58,567 nt of DNA, from NCBI RefSeq assembly GCF_001194135.2, contig NC_068991.1, forward strand, positions 18,755,775 to 18,814,341. The letters run 5' to 3'. Made by a program: the position numbers and the translations under genes. The notes beneath the pieces are model-generated. The model searched no databases. It saw only the letters and a list, made by a program, of their open reading frames with translations, and had not been told where the DNA came from. Within the stretch, counting starts at the first letter, position 1. Every line of letters starts with the position of its first letter. The stretch is from Octopus bimaculoides (Eukaryota). Below are positions 48,869-58,567 of the stretch, one piece after another.

Positions 48869-50300
48869 TATATACACATATATGCTCANNNNNNNNNNNN
48901 NNNNNNNNNNNNNNNNNNNNNNNNNNNNNNNNNNNNNNNNNNNNNNNNNNNNNNNNNNNNNNNNNNNNNNNNNNNNNNNNNNNNNNNNNNNNNNNNNNNN
49001 NNNNNNNNNNNNNNNNNNNNNNNNNNNNNNNNNNNNNNNNNNNNNNNNNNNNNNNNNNNNNNNNNNNNNNNNNNNNNNNNNNNNNNNNNNNNNNNNNNNN
49101 NNNNNNNNNNNNNNNNNNNNNNNNNNNNNNNNNNNNNNNNNNNNNNNNNNNNNNNNNNNNNNNNNNNNNNNNNNNNNNNNNNNNNNNNNNNNNNNNNNNN
49201 NNNNNNNNNNNNNNNNNNNNNNNNNNNNNNNNNNNNNNNNNNNNNNNNNNNNNNNNNNNNNNNNNNNNNNNNNNNNNNNNNNNNNNNNNNNNNNNNNNNN
49301 NNNNNNNNNNNNNNNNNNNNNNNNNNNNNNNNNNNNNNNNNNNNNNNNNNNNNNNNNNNNNNNNNNNNNNNNNNNNNNNNNNNNNNNNNNNNNNNNNNNN
49401 NNNNNNNNNNNNNNNNNNNNNNNNNNNNNNNNNNNNNNNNNNNNNNNNNNNNNNNNNNNNNNNNNNNNNNNNNNNNNNNNNNNNNNNNNNNNNNNNNNNN
49501 NNNNNNNNNNNNNNNNNNNNNNNNNNNNNNNNNNNNNNNNNNNNNNNNNNNNNNNNNNNNNNNNNNNNNNNNNNNNNNNNNNNNNNNNNNNNNNNNNNNN
49601 NNNNNNNNNNNNNNNNNNNNNNNNNNNNNNNNNNNNNNNNNNNNNNNNNNNNNNNNNNNNNNNNNNNNNNNNNNNNNNNNNNNNNNNNNNNNNNNNNNNN
49701 NNNNNNNNNNNNNNATATACGTATATACTGTGTGTAGCATCTGCATATATGTGTATATATAACTATATATATATATATATATATAGTGTGTGTGTAGCAT
49801 CTGCATATGTATGTGTATACATAACTACATATTATATATCTATATATATATATATATATATATATAAACACACACACATACACTCCTATATTGAAATATG
49901 AAGCAACAGCAGACCTGTAGATAAAGGGTAAGCATTTTCAATGAGTGTAACAAAGAGGCCAAACGGAGCGTGATTTTGTGATTTCAACTTCAGGGACCTT
50001 TAAATTATTATATCGTCATCACCACCATGATTACCACCATTCCCATCATTGCCCCCTCATCATCAGCATCCTTATCATTACATCATTATATTCATAGCTG
50101 TCATTATTCTAACGAAGAGGTGTGGAATGGTGGTGGTGGGGGTGTCATCAGATAAGCTAAGTCGGTGGAGCAGCAAAAAATGGTAGAGTGCACCAGAGTA
50201 GATAATTTACATCATTTGAAAACTTTTTGCATCCGTGTTCAGAATTCAGATCTTGCCAAGGTAGTCTTTGCCACCTGAGAGGTGGGAGGTAGGGGTAATG

Positions 50301-50665
50301 TGGTGGCTGTGTAGTAAGATGTTTGCTTCACAACCACATAGTTCCAAGTTCAGTCCAACTGTATGGCACCTTGGGCAAGTGTTTTTGACTGTAGTTTCGG
50401 GCCAACAAAAGCCTTGTAAGTGGGATTTGGTAGATGGAAACTGAAAGAAACCCACTGTGTGTGTATGTACATGCATGCATGCGTGTATGTGTTTGTCCCC
50501 TACCACCACTTGACAATTGGTGTTTGTGTGTTTACATCCTCATGACTTAGTGGTTTGGCAAATTAGAACCAATAAAATAGTACCATGCTTTAAAAAAGGG
50601 AGAAAAGCAAGCACTGGGGTTGATTCATGCAACTAAAACTCTAAGGTGATGCCCCAGAATGGCTG
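50301..50665 (+). mobile_element. Older family B SINE
   Basis: Colinear with the other B copies but more diverged. Confidence 0.75.
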
Positions 50666-50849
50666 AAATGTAATAACTGTGCACCAATATGTAGTGAAAG
50701 TGAGAGTAGAAGTAGGATAGGGACTTCAATTAACCCTTCCTTTCTTCCTTCCTCTCTGAGAGATTTAGAAACGTATCATTTCTAAATTTGAAATCACTGA
50801 ATGTATTTCACTAGAATTATTATATGTTTACAAGAGCTTCACAGGCATC

Positions 50850-50960
50850 TTCGACTAGCAGGTCATGCTACTCCAGACTGACGACGAGCAAAGACCCAAA
50901 AACATGTCTCTGGATGCAGGCTTAGCTGGGTGGAGGTGCTTGTCTCCCCCTTGTAAACAT
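50850..50960 (+). mobile_element. Possible RTE/BovB-like C-terminal relic
   Basis: HLRLAGHA..DDEQRPKNMSLDAGLAGW, with a frameshift. Confidence 0.35.
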
Positions 50961-51162
50961 AAGGACACAGGAAATGTGTCAAGGCCGACAGGAAGCGGTG
51001 CAGCTTTCTAGGTCTAACCAACGGTAGTATTATTCCCTTCAGGGGACTGTCACATTAAGTTGACAGCATACAACTACTTCATCCTCTCTTCACTTCACTA
51101 GTTTTGGAAACCCTAAAAAGAAAGTCATCAGTGATACAACCCTTCCTGCTCTAAATAAGCCA

Positions 51163-51398
51163 TTAACCCTTTCACATTCAGATTATACTCTCAAATGCAA
51201 TACTTATTTATCCATATTGTTTTGAGTTAATCATGCATTATCTCGTAGCTTCAAGATTTCGATGATATGACTTCACCTGTCCTGTTTATTTTTAGAATGA
51301 CATTATAGGTTGGTGTGAGATACCAAATCTGGGCAGTTTTAACAAAAAACAGGTAGATTATCTGGGCCAGATATGGCTGGTTAACACTAAAGGGTTAA
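51163..51398. mobile_element. piggyBac-type MITE, family 1 (228 bp between TTAA sites)
   Basis: TTAA-CCCTTT...AAAGGG-TTAA; same family as 1093-1203. Confidence 0.8.
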
Positions 51399-51415
51399 AG
51401 ACAAGGATTATATGA

Positions 51416-52025
51416 TTCTATATTTCTTAGATGAGGAATTTATAGGATGTATAATTAGAGTGGAACTCCCATCTTGGCTGCTGCTTTCAATATGTTTCAG
51501 CTGCATACACTCCAGCCTTCTTCAGGTATCTTGTGGATTCACCTTTGTGCTTTACCTGGGATTGAACTCAGAATCTCTAGCTAACTGCACAACATTCCAA
51601 CACCTTTACCTACTGTGCTATGCCTGTATGTGGTGTCTTATATTGGCTTTGTACTGACTGGATAAATAATTCTACATTTCTTAGTGCTTTGCTTGGGATT
51701 GAACTCAGAATCTCTAGCTAACTGTACAACATTCCAACACCTTTACCTACTGTGCTATACCTGTATGTGGTGTCTTATATTGGCTTTGTACTGACTGGAT
51801 AAATAATTCTACATTTCTGAGATGAGGAATTTTTTATTTTATTATATTATGTATTGGACTGGTGTCCTCAACTTTGTTGCTGCTTTCACCATATTTCAGC
51901 TGTGTATGCTCCAGCTTTCTTCAAGTATCATGTGATTCCCCTTAATGCCTTGCCTGGGATTGAACTCAGAACATCCAGGTGACTGCACTGCATTAACCAG
52001 CACCTTTATCCACTACGCCATGCCC
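51416..52025 (-). mobile_element. Tandem tRNA-headed elements carrying decayed hammerhead-like motifs
   Basis: Two units of about 210-220 bp (51416-51624 and 51807-52025), each with A/B-box-like head (tggcgtagtgg, gagttcaatccc) and (C/T)TGAAGA-A-RGCTG..CAGCT-GAAA. A 137-bp tandem duplication lies between them. Confidence 0.6.
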
Positions 52026-52093
52026 ATAGACAATGTCAGAGTGAATTTTTAAGACTTACAAAGCTCCATTGATATCTTATGTTTGCTGTGTCG

Positions 52094-52410
52094 TGGCACT
52101 CTGTCAGTTACAACAAGGGTTCCAGTTGATCTGATCAACGGAACAGCCTGCTCATGTAATTAACGTGCATATGGCTGAGTACTCCACATACACGTGTACA
52201 CTTAATGTAGTTCTCAGGGAGATTCAAGTGTGACACAGAGTGACAAGGCTGGCATTTTGAAATACAGGGGTACAACTCATTTTTGTCAGCTGAGTAGACT
52301 GGAGCAACATGAAAATAAGACGTCTTCCTCAAGGACACAGCACATTGCTGGGAATTGAACTCACGATCTTGTGATCATGTGCTGAACACCCTAACTACTA
52401 AGTCACGTGA
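52094..52410 (-). mobile_element. tRNA-headed SINE, D-type head and centre with E-type tail
   Basis: The tail matches 3723-3900 and the centre matches ttgagcaagac..tgctccagt. The same build occurs at 56494-56796 (+). Confidence 0.75.
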
Positions 52411-52430
52411 GTGGATAATTAATCGCCTTT

Positions 52431-53195
52431 CTGGCACTTGTGCCCATGACATGTGTAAGGATTTTCGAGCGAGATCATTGCCAGTGCCCCTGGACTGGCT
52501 CTTGTGCGGGTGGCACATAAAATACACCATTTTGAGTGTGGCCGTTGCCAGTACCGCCTGACTGGCCTTCGTAGGATTTTCGAGTGAGATCGTTGCCAGT
52601 ACCGCCTGACTGGCCTTCATGCGGGTGACACGTAAAAGCACCCACTACACTCTGAGTGGTTGGCGTTAGGGAGGGCATCCAGCTGTAGAAACTCTGCCAA
52701 ATCAGATTGGAGCCTGGTGTTGCCATCCGGTTTCACCAGTCCTCAGTCAAATCGTCCAACCCATGCTAGCATTGGAAGCGGACGTTAAACGATGATGATG
52801 ATGANNNNNNNNNNGGACTGGCTCTTGTGCGGGTGGCACATAAAATACACCATTTTGAGTGTGGCCGTTGCCAGTACCGCCTGACTGGCCTTCGTAGGAT
52901 TTTCGAGTGAGATCGTTGCCAGTGCCCCTAGACTGGCTCCTGTGTGGGTGGCACATAAAATACACCATTTTGAGCGTGGCCGTTGCCAGTACCGCCTGAC
53001 TGGCCTTCATGCGAGTGACACGTAAAAGCACCCACTACACTCTCTGAGTGGTTGGCGTTAGGGAGGGCATCCAGCTGTAGAAACTCTGCCAAATCAGATT
53101 GGAGCCTGGTGTTGCCATCCGGTTTCACCAGTCCTCAGTCAAATCGTCCAACCCATGCTAGCATTGGAAGCGGACGTTAAACGATGATGATGATG
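52431..53195 (+). mobile_element. Family A RTE 3' UTR present twice around a 10-N gap (probable alleles)
   Basis: Both copies share the private variants gtaggattttcgagtgagatc, ggagggcatcc and gcattggaagcgg, and differ by one 67-bp subrepeat. Confidence 0.8.
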
Positions 53196-53798
53196 AAATG
53201 TAGTGAAATCAACAACCAAGATGGGGACACCACTCTGATTAATACACGACCAACATGGTGCCAACCAGAATAACTTTCATCATACAGTACTCAGAGCAGA
53301 GTTGAACTAGGTCTAAACAACAACAACAACAAGAACAACAGTGACAACACCCATTACACTCTAACCGACGGTGTTCCATTATCTGGACAGCCAGTGGTGG
53401 CGGTGGTGGTGGGTGCATAAGGCAGCACTCGGAAGATGAAATGTAAATTGGCAATGACAACAAAACAATGTAACAATGTGGAAGACAAAGAATTAAAGTC
53501 CAAAGAGCCAATATGATTTTACTGATAACAAGTAAGTGGCAGGGTCTTGTATCAATCTGTCAGAAAAACAATTATTACTGTGGAACTGCTCTGTAATTCT
53601 CTAGAGAAATATGAAGAATATTAATATATTTCTGAGTAAGCTCTAAAAATTCATTACAAACACACGTACACATATGTTCACGTACGGACATATATACACA
53701 CAAAGATACATTATCTTGTGTTTTTTGGGGGGGGAGGGGATGAGAGTACACTAATGTTAATTTTACTACTGCTGATAATAATAATAATAATAATAATA

Positions 53799-54596
53799 GG
53801 GCTGATTACTACCTAGCTCAGATACCAGGAAACCCCAAAATGGCTGAAGTTCAAAAGATAGTGCTCATGGGAACTGCCCATATCCTACGTAAAATACTGT
53901 CTATGTGATGTCAAATTTTAAAACAAACACATAATTTTCTTATGGTTTCTTAAACATTCTCTAGAACAACACTATGTACAAATCCAAATATATGGTACCC
54001 TAGGCATAACACCTACATGAACTTCTAACTTGTTGTCTCTTGAGGTCTCTGGGTGAGACTTGGATCCAACTTGTACAAATGCAAAGCAAAAGTCAAACAT
54101 AAAATAATAATANNNNNNNNNNTCTAAAAATTCATTACAAACACACGTACACATATGTTCACGTATGGACATATATACACACAAAGATACATTATCTTGT
54201 GTTTTTTGGGGGGGAGGGGATGAGAGTACACTAATGTTAATTTTACTACTGCTGATAATAATAATAATAATAATAATAGGGCTGATTACTACCTAGCTCA
54301 GATACCAGGAAACCCCAAAATGGCTGAAGTTCAAAAGATAGTGCTCATGGGAACTGCCCATATCCTACGTAAAATACTGTCTATGTGATGTCAAATTTTA
54401 AAACAAACACATAATTTTCTTATGGTTTCTTAAACATTCTCTAGAACAACACTATGTACAAATCCAAATATATGGTACCCTAGGCATAACACCTACATGA
54501 ACTTCTAACTTGTTGTCTCTTGAGGTCGCTGGGTGAGACTTGGATCCAACTTGTACAAATGCAAAGCAAAAGTCAAACATAAAATAATAATAATAA
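53799..54596 (+). mobile_element. 5'-truncated R4/Dong-type LINE end inside (TAA)n, duplicated around a 10-N gap
   Basis: ADYYLAQIPGNPKMAEVQKIVLMGTAHILRKILSM* (53801-53908 and 54281-54388), followed by a 3' UTR and (TAA)n tail, with (TAA)n also upstream. Confidence 0.8.
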
Positions 54597-54597
54597 A

Positions 54598-55077
54598 AGA
54601 CATGTCGGAGTTGGCCAATATCTACACTGGTTAATATGTCAACATTATAAAATCAAAACTGCTGACAAATGGTACAAGCACCACCCTGAGGTTTGTGACT
54701 GAGGGAGAAAATGTAAAATTTCTTGTGGGACTTACCAGTACATACAGACTGGACCATCAAAGCTAATAAACCAGATGTTGTTGAGAAAGACGAAAACAAT
54801 AAAATCTGTTTACTGATTGACATGAGAATACCTGGAGATGTCAGCAAAAAAAAATTTGATAAGCTCAGAAAATATAAAGATTTGCTGATTGAAACTGAGA
54901 CAAATGTGACATCTTGGGACAGTTACAGTACTGGTGATTATAGGAGCATTTGGAATGATCAAAAATGGAACTGAAAATTCTTTGAGGATGATCCCTGGCT
55001 TACCATCCATACAAGAAGTGCAAAAGATTATTCCAATGGATACGTCACAAATACTGAGAAGAGCATTGTCATTGTGA
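54598..55077 (+). mobile_element. R4/Dong-type LINE restriction-like endonuclease relic, second subfamily
   Basis: With frameshifts: RHVGVGQYLHW..KWYKHHPE..LWDLPVHTD..ANKPDVV..CLLIDM..KYKDL..VIIGAFG..IPG..EVQKI..ILRRALSL*, including the PD..D motif. Confidence 0.85.
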
Positions 55078-55186
55078 ATTCTCTTTCCTTTTTTTTTTCC
55101 TCTTAATTTTCTTTGTTTTCTTTTTTTCCATATTCTCATCTTTCCTTTTTCTTTCTTAATTTCTTTCTTTCTTTTTTTATCTACCA

Positions 55187-55364
55187 GGAGTGGCTGTGTG
55201 GTAAGTAGCATGCTTACCAACCACATGGTTCCGGGTTCATTCCCACTGCGTGGCACCTTGGGCAAGTGTCTTCTACTATAGCCTCAGGCCGACCAAAACC
55301 TTGTGAGTGGATTTGGTAGACAGAAACTGAAAGAAGCCTGTCGTATATATGTATATATATGTGT
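55187..55364 (+). mobile_element. Family B SINE 5' half
   Basis: Head and centre are intact; runs into a gap. Confidence 0.85.
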
Positions 55365-56198
55365 NNNNNNNNNNNNNNNNNNNNNNNNNNNNNNNNNNNN
55401 NNNNNNNNNNNNNNNNNNNNNNNNNNNNNNNNNNNNNNNNNNNNNNNNNNNNNNNNNNNNNNNNNNNNNNNNNNNNNNNNNNNNNNNNNNNNNNNNNNNN
55501 NNNNNNNNNNNNNNNNNNNNNNNNNNNNNNNNNNNNNNNNNNNNNNNNNNNNNNNNNNNNNNNNNNNNNNNNNNNNNNNNNNNNNNNNNNNNNNNNNNNN
55601 NNNNNNNNNNNNNNNNNNNNNNNNNNNNNNNNNNNNNNNNNNNNNNNNNNNNNNNNNNNNNNNNNNNNNNNNNNNNNNNNNNNNNNNNNNNNNNNNNNNN
55701 NNNNNNNNNNNNNNNNNNNNNNNNNNNNNNNNNNNNNNNNNNNNNNNNNNNNNNNNNNNNNNNNNNNNNNNNNNNNNNNNNNNNNNNNNNNNNNNNNNNN
55801 NNNNNNNNNNNNNNNNNNNNNNNNNNNNNNNNNNNNNNNNNNNNNNNNNNNNNNNNNNNNNNNNNNNNNNNNNNNNNNNNNNNNNNNNNNNNNNNNNNNN
55901 NNNNNNNNNNNNNNNNNNNNNNNNNNNNNNNNNNNNNNNNNNNNNNNNNNNNNNNNNNNNNNNNNNNNNNNNNNNNNNNNNNNNNNNNNNNNNNNNNNNN
56001 NNNNNNNNNNNNNNNNNNNNNNNNNNNNNNNNNNNNNNNNNNNNNNNNNNNNNNNNNNNNNNNNNNNNNNNNNNNNNNNNNNNNNNNNNNNNNNNNNNNN
56101 NNNNNNNNNNNNNNNNNNNNNNNNNNNNNNNNNNNNNNNNNNNNNNNNNNNNNNNNNNNNNNNNNNNNNNNNNNNNNNNNNNNNNNNNNNNNNNNNNA

Positions 56199-56446
56199 AA
56201 TACACCACTTTGAGCGTGGCCGTTGCCAGTACCGCCTGACTGGCCTTCGTGCGGGTGACACGTAAAAGCACCCACTACACTCTCGGAGTGGTTGGCGTTA
56301 GGAAGGGCATCCAGCTGTAGAAACTCTGCCAAATCAGATTGGAGGCTGGTGTTGCCATCCGGTTTCACCAGTCCTCAGTCAAATCGTCCAACCCATGCTA
56401 GCATGGAAAGCGGACGTTAAACGATGATGATGATGATGATGATGAT
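56199..56446 (+). mobile_element. RTE LINE 3' UTR copy (family A)
   Basis: Conserved block, terminal palindrome ccatgctagcatgg and (GAT)n tail. Confidence 0.85.
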
Positions 56447-56493
56447 TCCTTACTGATTTCAGTTATTGGACCTTGATCATGCTGGAGAGTGAA

Positions 56494-56796
56494 GGCACAT
56501 GGCTTAGTGGTTAGAGTATTCAGCTCATGATCACAAGGTAGGGAGTTCAATTCCTGGTGATGTGTTGTATCCTTGAAGAAGACACTTTATTTCACGCTGC
56601 TCCAGTTCATTCAGCTAGGGCCAATGAGTAGGGCCAGTATTTCAAAGGGCCAGCCTTGTCACACTCTATGTCTTGCTGAATCTCCCTGAGAACTATGTTA
56701 AGGGTACACGTGTCTGTGGAGTGCTCAGCCACATGCAGGCTATTCTGTTGATCAGATCAGCTGGAACTCTCGTTGTCATAACCAACGAAAGTGCCA
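56494..56796 (+). mobile_element. tRNA-headed SINE, D-type head with E-type tail
   Basis: ggcacatggcttagtggttagag..gagttcaattcc..caaagggccagccttgtcaca..gtgcca. Confidence 0.75.
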
Positions 56797-57084
56797 GAGC
56801 CAAGCTGGAGTAGTGTCTTGAAGGGTCTAGTCATTCAAACTGCCACTGACTCTAACCCCAGGACCTATTTTAATGTTTGGAACTTTGTTTGGTTCCTATT
56901 TGCCAAACTACTAAGGTACAAAGATATATAAATAAGCTGATACAGGTTGTCAGGTAGATAAACACAAACACAAACATGCACATCATATGCCAGCATTTTG
57001 TGTATGTGCATATTGGTATACACATAGATGATGTGCATAATTGCACTACACCAACAAACACAAACTCATGCACACACACACATA

Positions 57085-57143
<59 letters not shown>

Positions 57144-58532
57144 NNNNNNNNNNNNNNNNNNNNNNNNNNNNNNNNNNNNNNNNNNNNNNNNNNNNNNNNN
57201 NNNNNNNNNNNNNNNNNNNNNNNNNNNNNNNNNNNNNNNNNNNNNNNNNNNNNNNNNNNNNNNNNNNNNNNNNNNNNNNNNNNNNNNNNNNNNNNNNNNN
57301 NNNNNNNNNNNNNNNNNNNNNNNNNNNNNNNNNNNNNNNNNNNNNNNNNNNNNNNNNNNNNNNNNNNNNNNNNNNNNNNNNNNNNNNNNNNNNNNNNNNN
57401 NNNNNNNNNNNNNNNNNNNNNNNNNNNNNNNNNNNNNNNNNNNNNNNNNNNNNNNNNNNNNNNNNNNNNNNNNNNNNNNNNNNNNNNNNNNNNNNNNNNN
57501 NNNNNNNNNNNNNNNNNNNNNNNNNNNNNNNNNNNNNNNNNNNNNNNNNNNNNNNNNNNNNNNNNNNNNNNNNNNNNNNNNNNNNNNNNNNNNNNNNNNN
57601 NNNNNNNNNNNNNNNNNNNNNNNNNNNNNNNNNNNNNNNNNNNNNTGATGATGATGACGATGATGATAGTGATGAAGAAATCTGTCCCACCATAACGAAC
57701 CACATCCATAACCACCACACCATTACAACTGCTGATAACCTCACCCACTCACCCCCCCCCACAACACATAGCTCTATCAGAATCAAATTTTATTGCAATA
57801 TGAAATATAATTTCATTGATTAAAAATTATTGATCAACGAGTTTCCTACATTTTTATCTGTTTGTTTCTATATATGTGCATAGAGAGTGTGTGTGTGTGT
57901 ATAAGCAAGCAAATATATGTATATATATATGCGTGTATATGTGTATACACGTGCATATATATATATATATATATTCATACACACATCTTTAGATTCATTC
58001 CTTGTTATTGTTGATGCCATTTATGTGTATGGGCATAATATATATACATATACACATATTTACATAAACACATTTATACATACACACATATATGTATAGA
58101 TATGGATATATGTATGCATGTGTGCACATATATACATATATATATGTGTGTGTGCGCATATATATATATATTATATTTTATATATCTAATTCAAATTTGT
58201 TTGCTTTTGGTTTTGTTTTTCCCTTAATTATTTATTTACTGAGATTTGAAATTTCTTGAAGATAAAAACTCATGAAATGTCAAAAATTATTTGAACGCAT
58301 CCAATAAAATATTTTTATATATATAATTGCTTTGTCTTAATGGCTTTTAAGCTGCATAATCTGTTTATTTCTTTTTTTTTTGTTATATCTTTTACGTTCT
58401 TTCTATTTTTTTTGTCTTTTAAGTTTTAAAATCCAAGACAGCCAACATTAAACATTAATATTTTATCATATGTACGTGTGTGTGTGTGTGTGTGTGCATG
58501 CACTTGCACATGTGTGTATACATATACACACA

Positions 58533-58567
<35 letters not shown>

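Noticed and set aside
53642-54592. 480-bp tandem duplication including the R4 end
   Set aside because: It flanks the 10-N gap at 54113-54122 with about three differences, so it is probably two alleles rather than two insertions.
1298-56446. Plus-strand bias of family A RTE ends (about 10 versus 3)
   Set aside because: The sample is too small to infer host-gene orientation.
2225-56796. tRNA-like A and B boxes as tRNA genes
   Set aside because: They lack complete cloverleaves and run into SINE bodies present in many copies.
4790-58099. Long ORF-track entries rich in [12 protein letters not shown] or X
   Set aside because: They are translations of (TA)n/(TG)n/(CA)n microsatellites and N gaps, with no coding signal.

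Overview
AT-rich eukaryotic DNA from a draft assembly (about 13% N). The dense (TA)n/(CA)n/(TAA)n microsatellites and the repeat families resemble an octopus (coleoid cephalopod) genome; this is recognition from memory, not a database search. I find no supportable protein-coding gene, only one weak 47-nt exon candidate, so the window is probably intergenic or deep intronic. It is a mosaic of tRNA-headed SINEs (my labels B, C, D, E), many 5'-truncated RTE LINE ends, relics of RTE, R4/Dong-type and CR1-like LINEs, mariner/Tc1 relics, mariner and piggyBac-type MITEs, a 450-bp foldback, minisatellites, and haplotype duplications at 10-N gaps. The most interesting signal is RNA-structural. There is an intact minimal type I hammerhead ribozyme at 16571-16616 in a 90-bp tandem unit, plus four decayed hammerhead-like motifs from three other repeat families, one of them a tandem tRNA-headed element. 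A separate hairpin/pseudoknot-dense cassette lies at 44298-44830. All structure calls were paired by eye and need computational and experimental confirmation.
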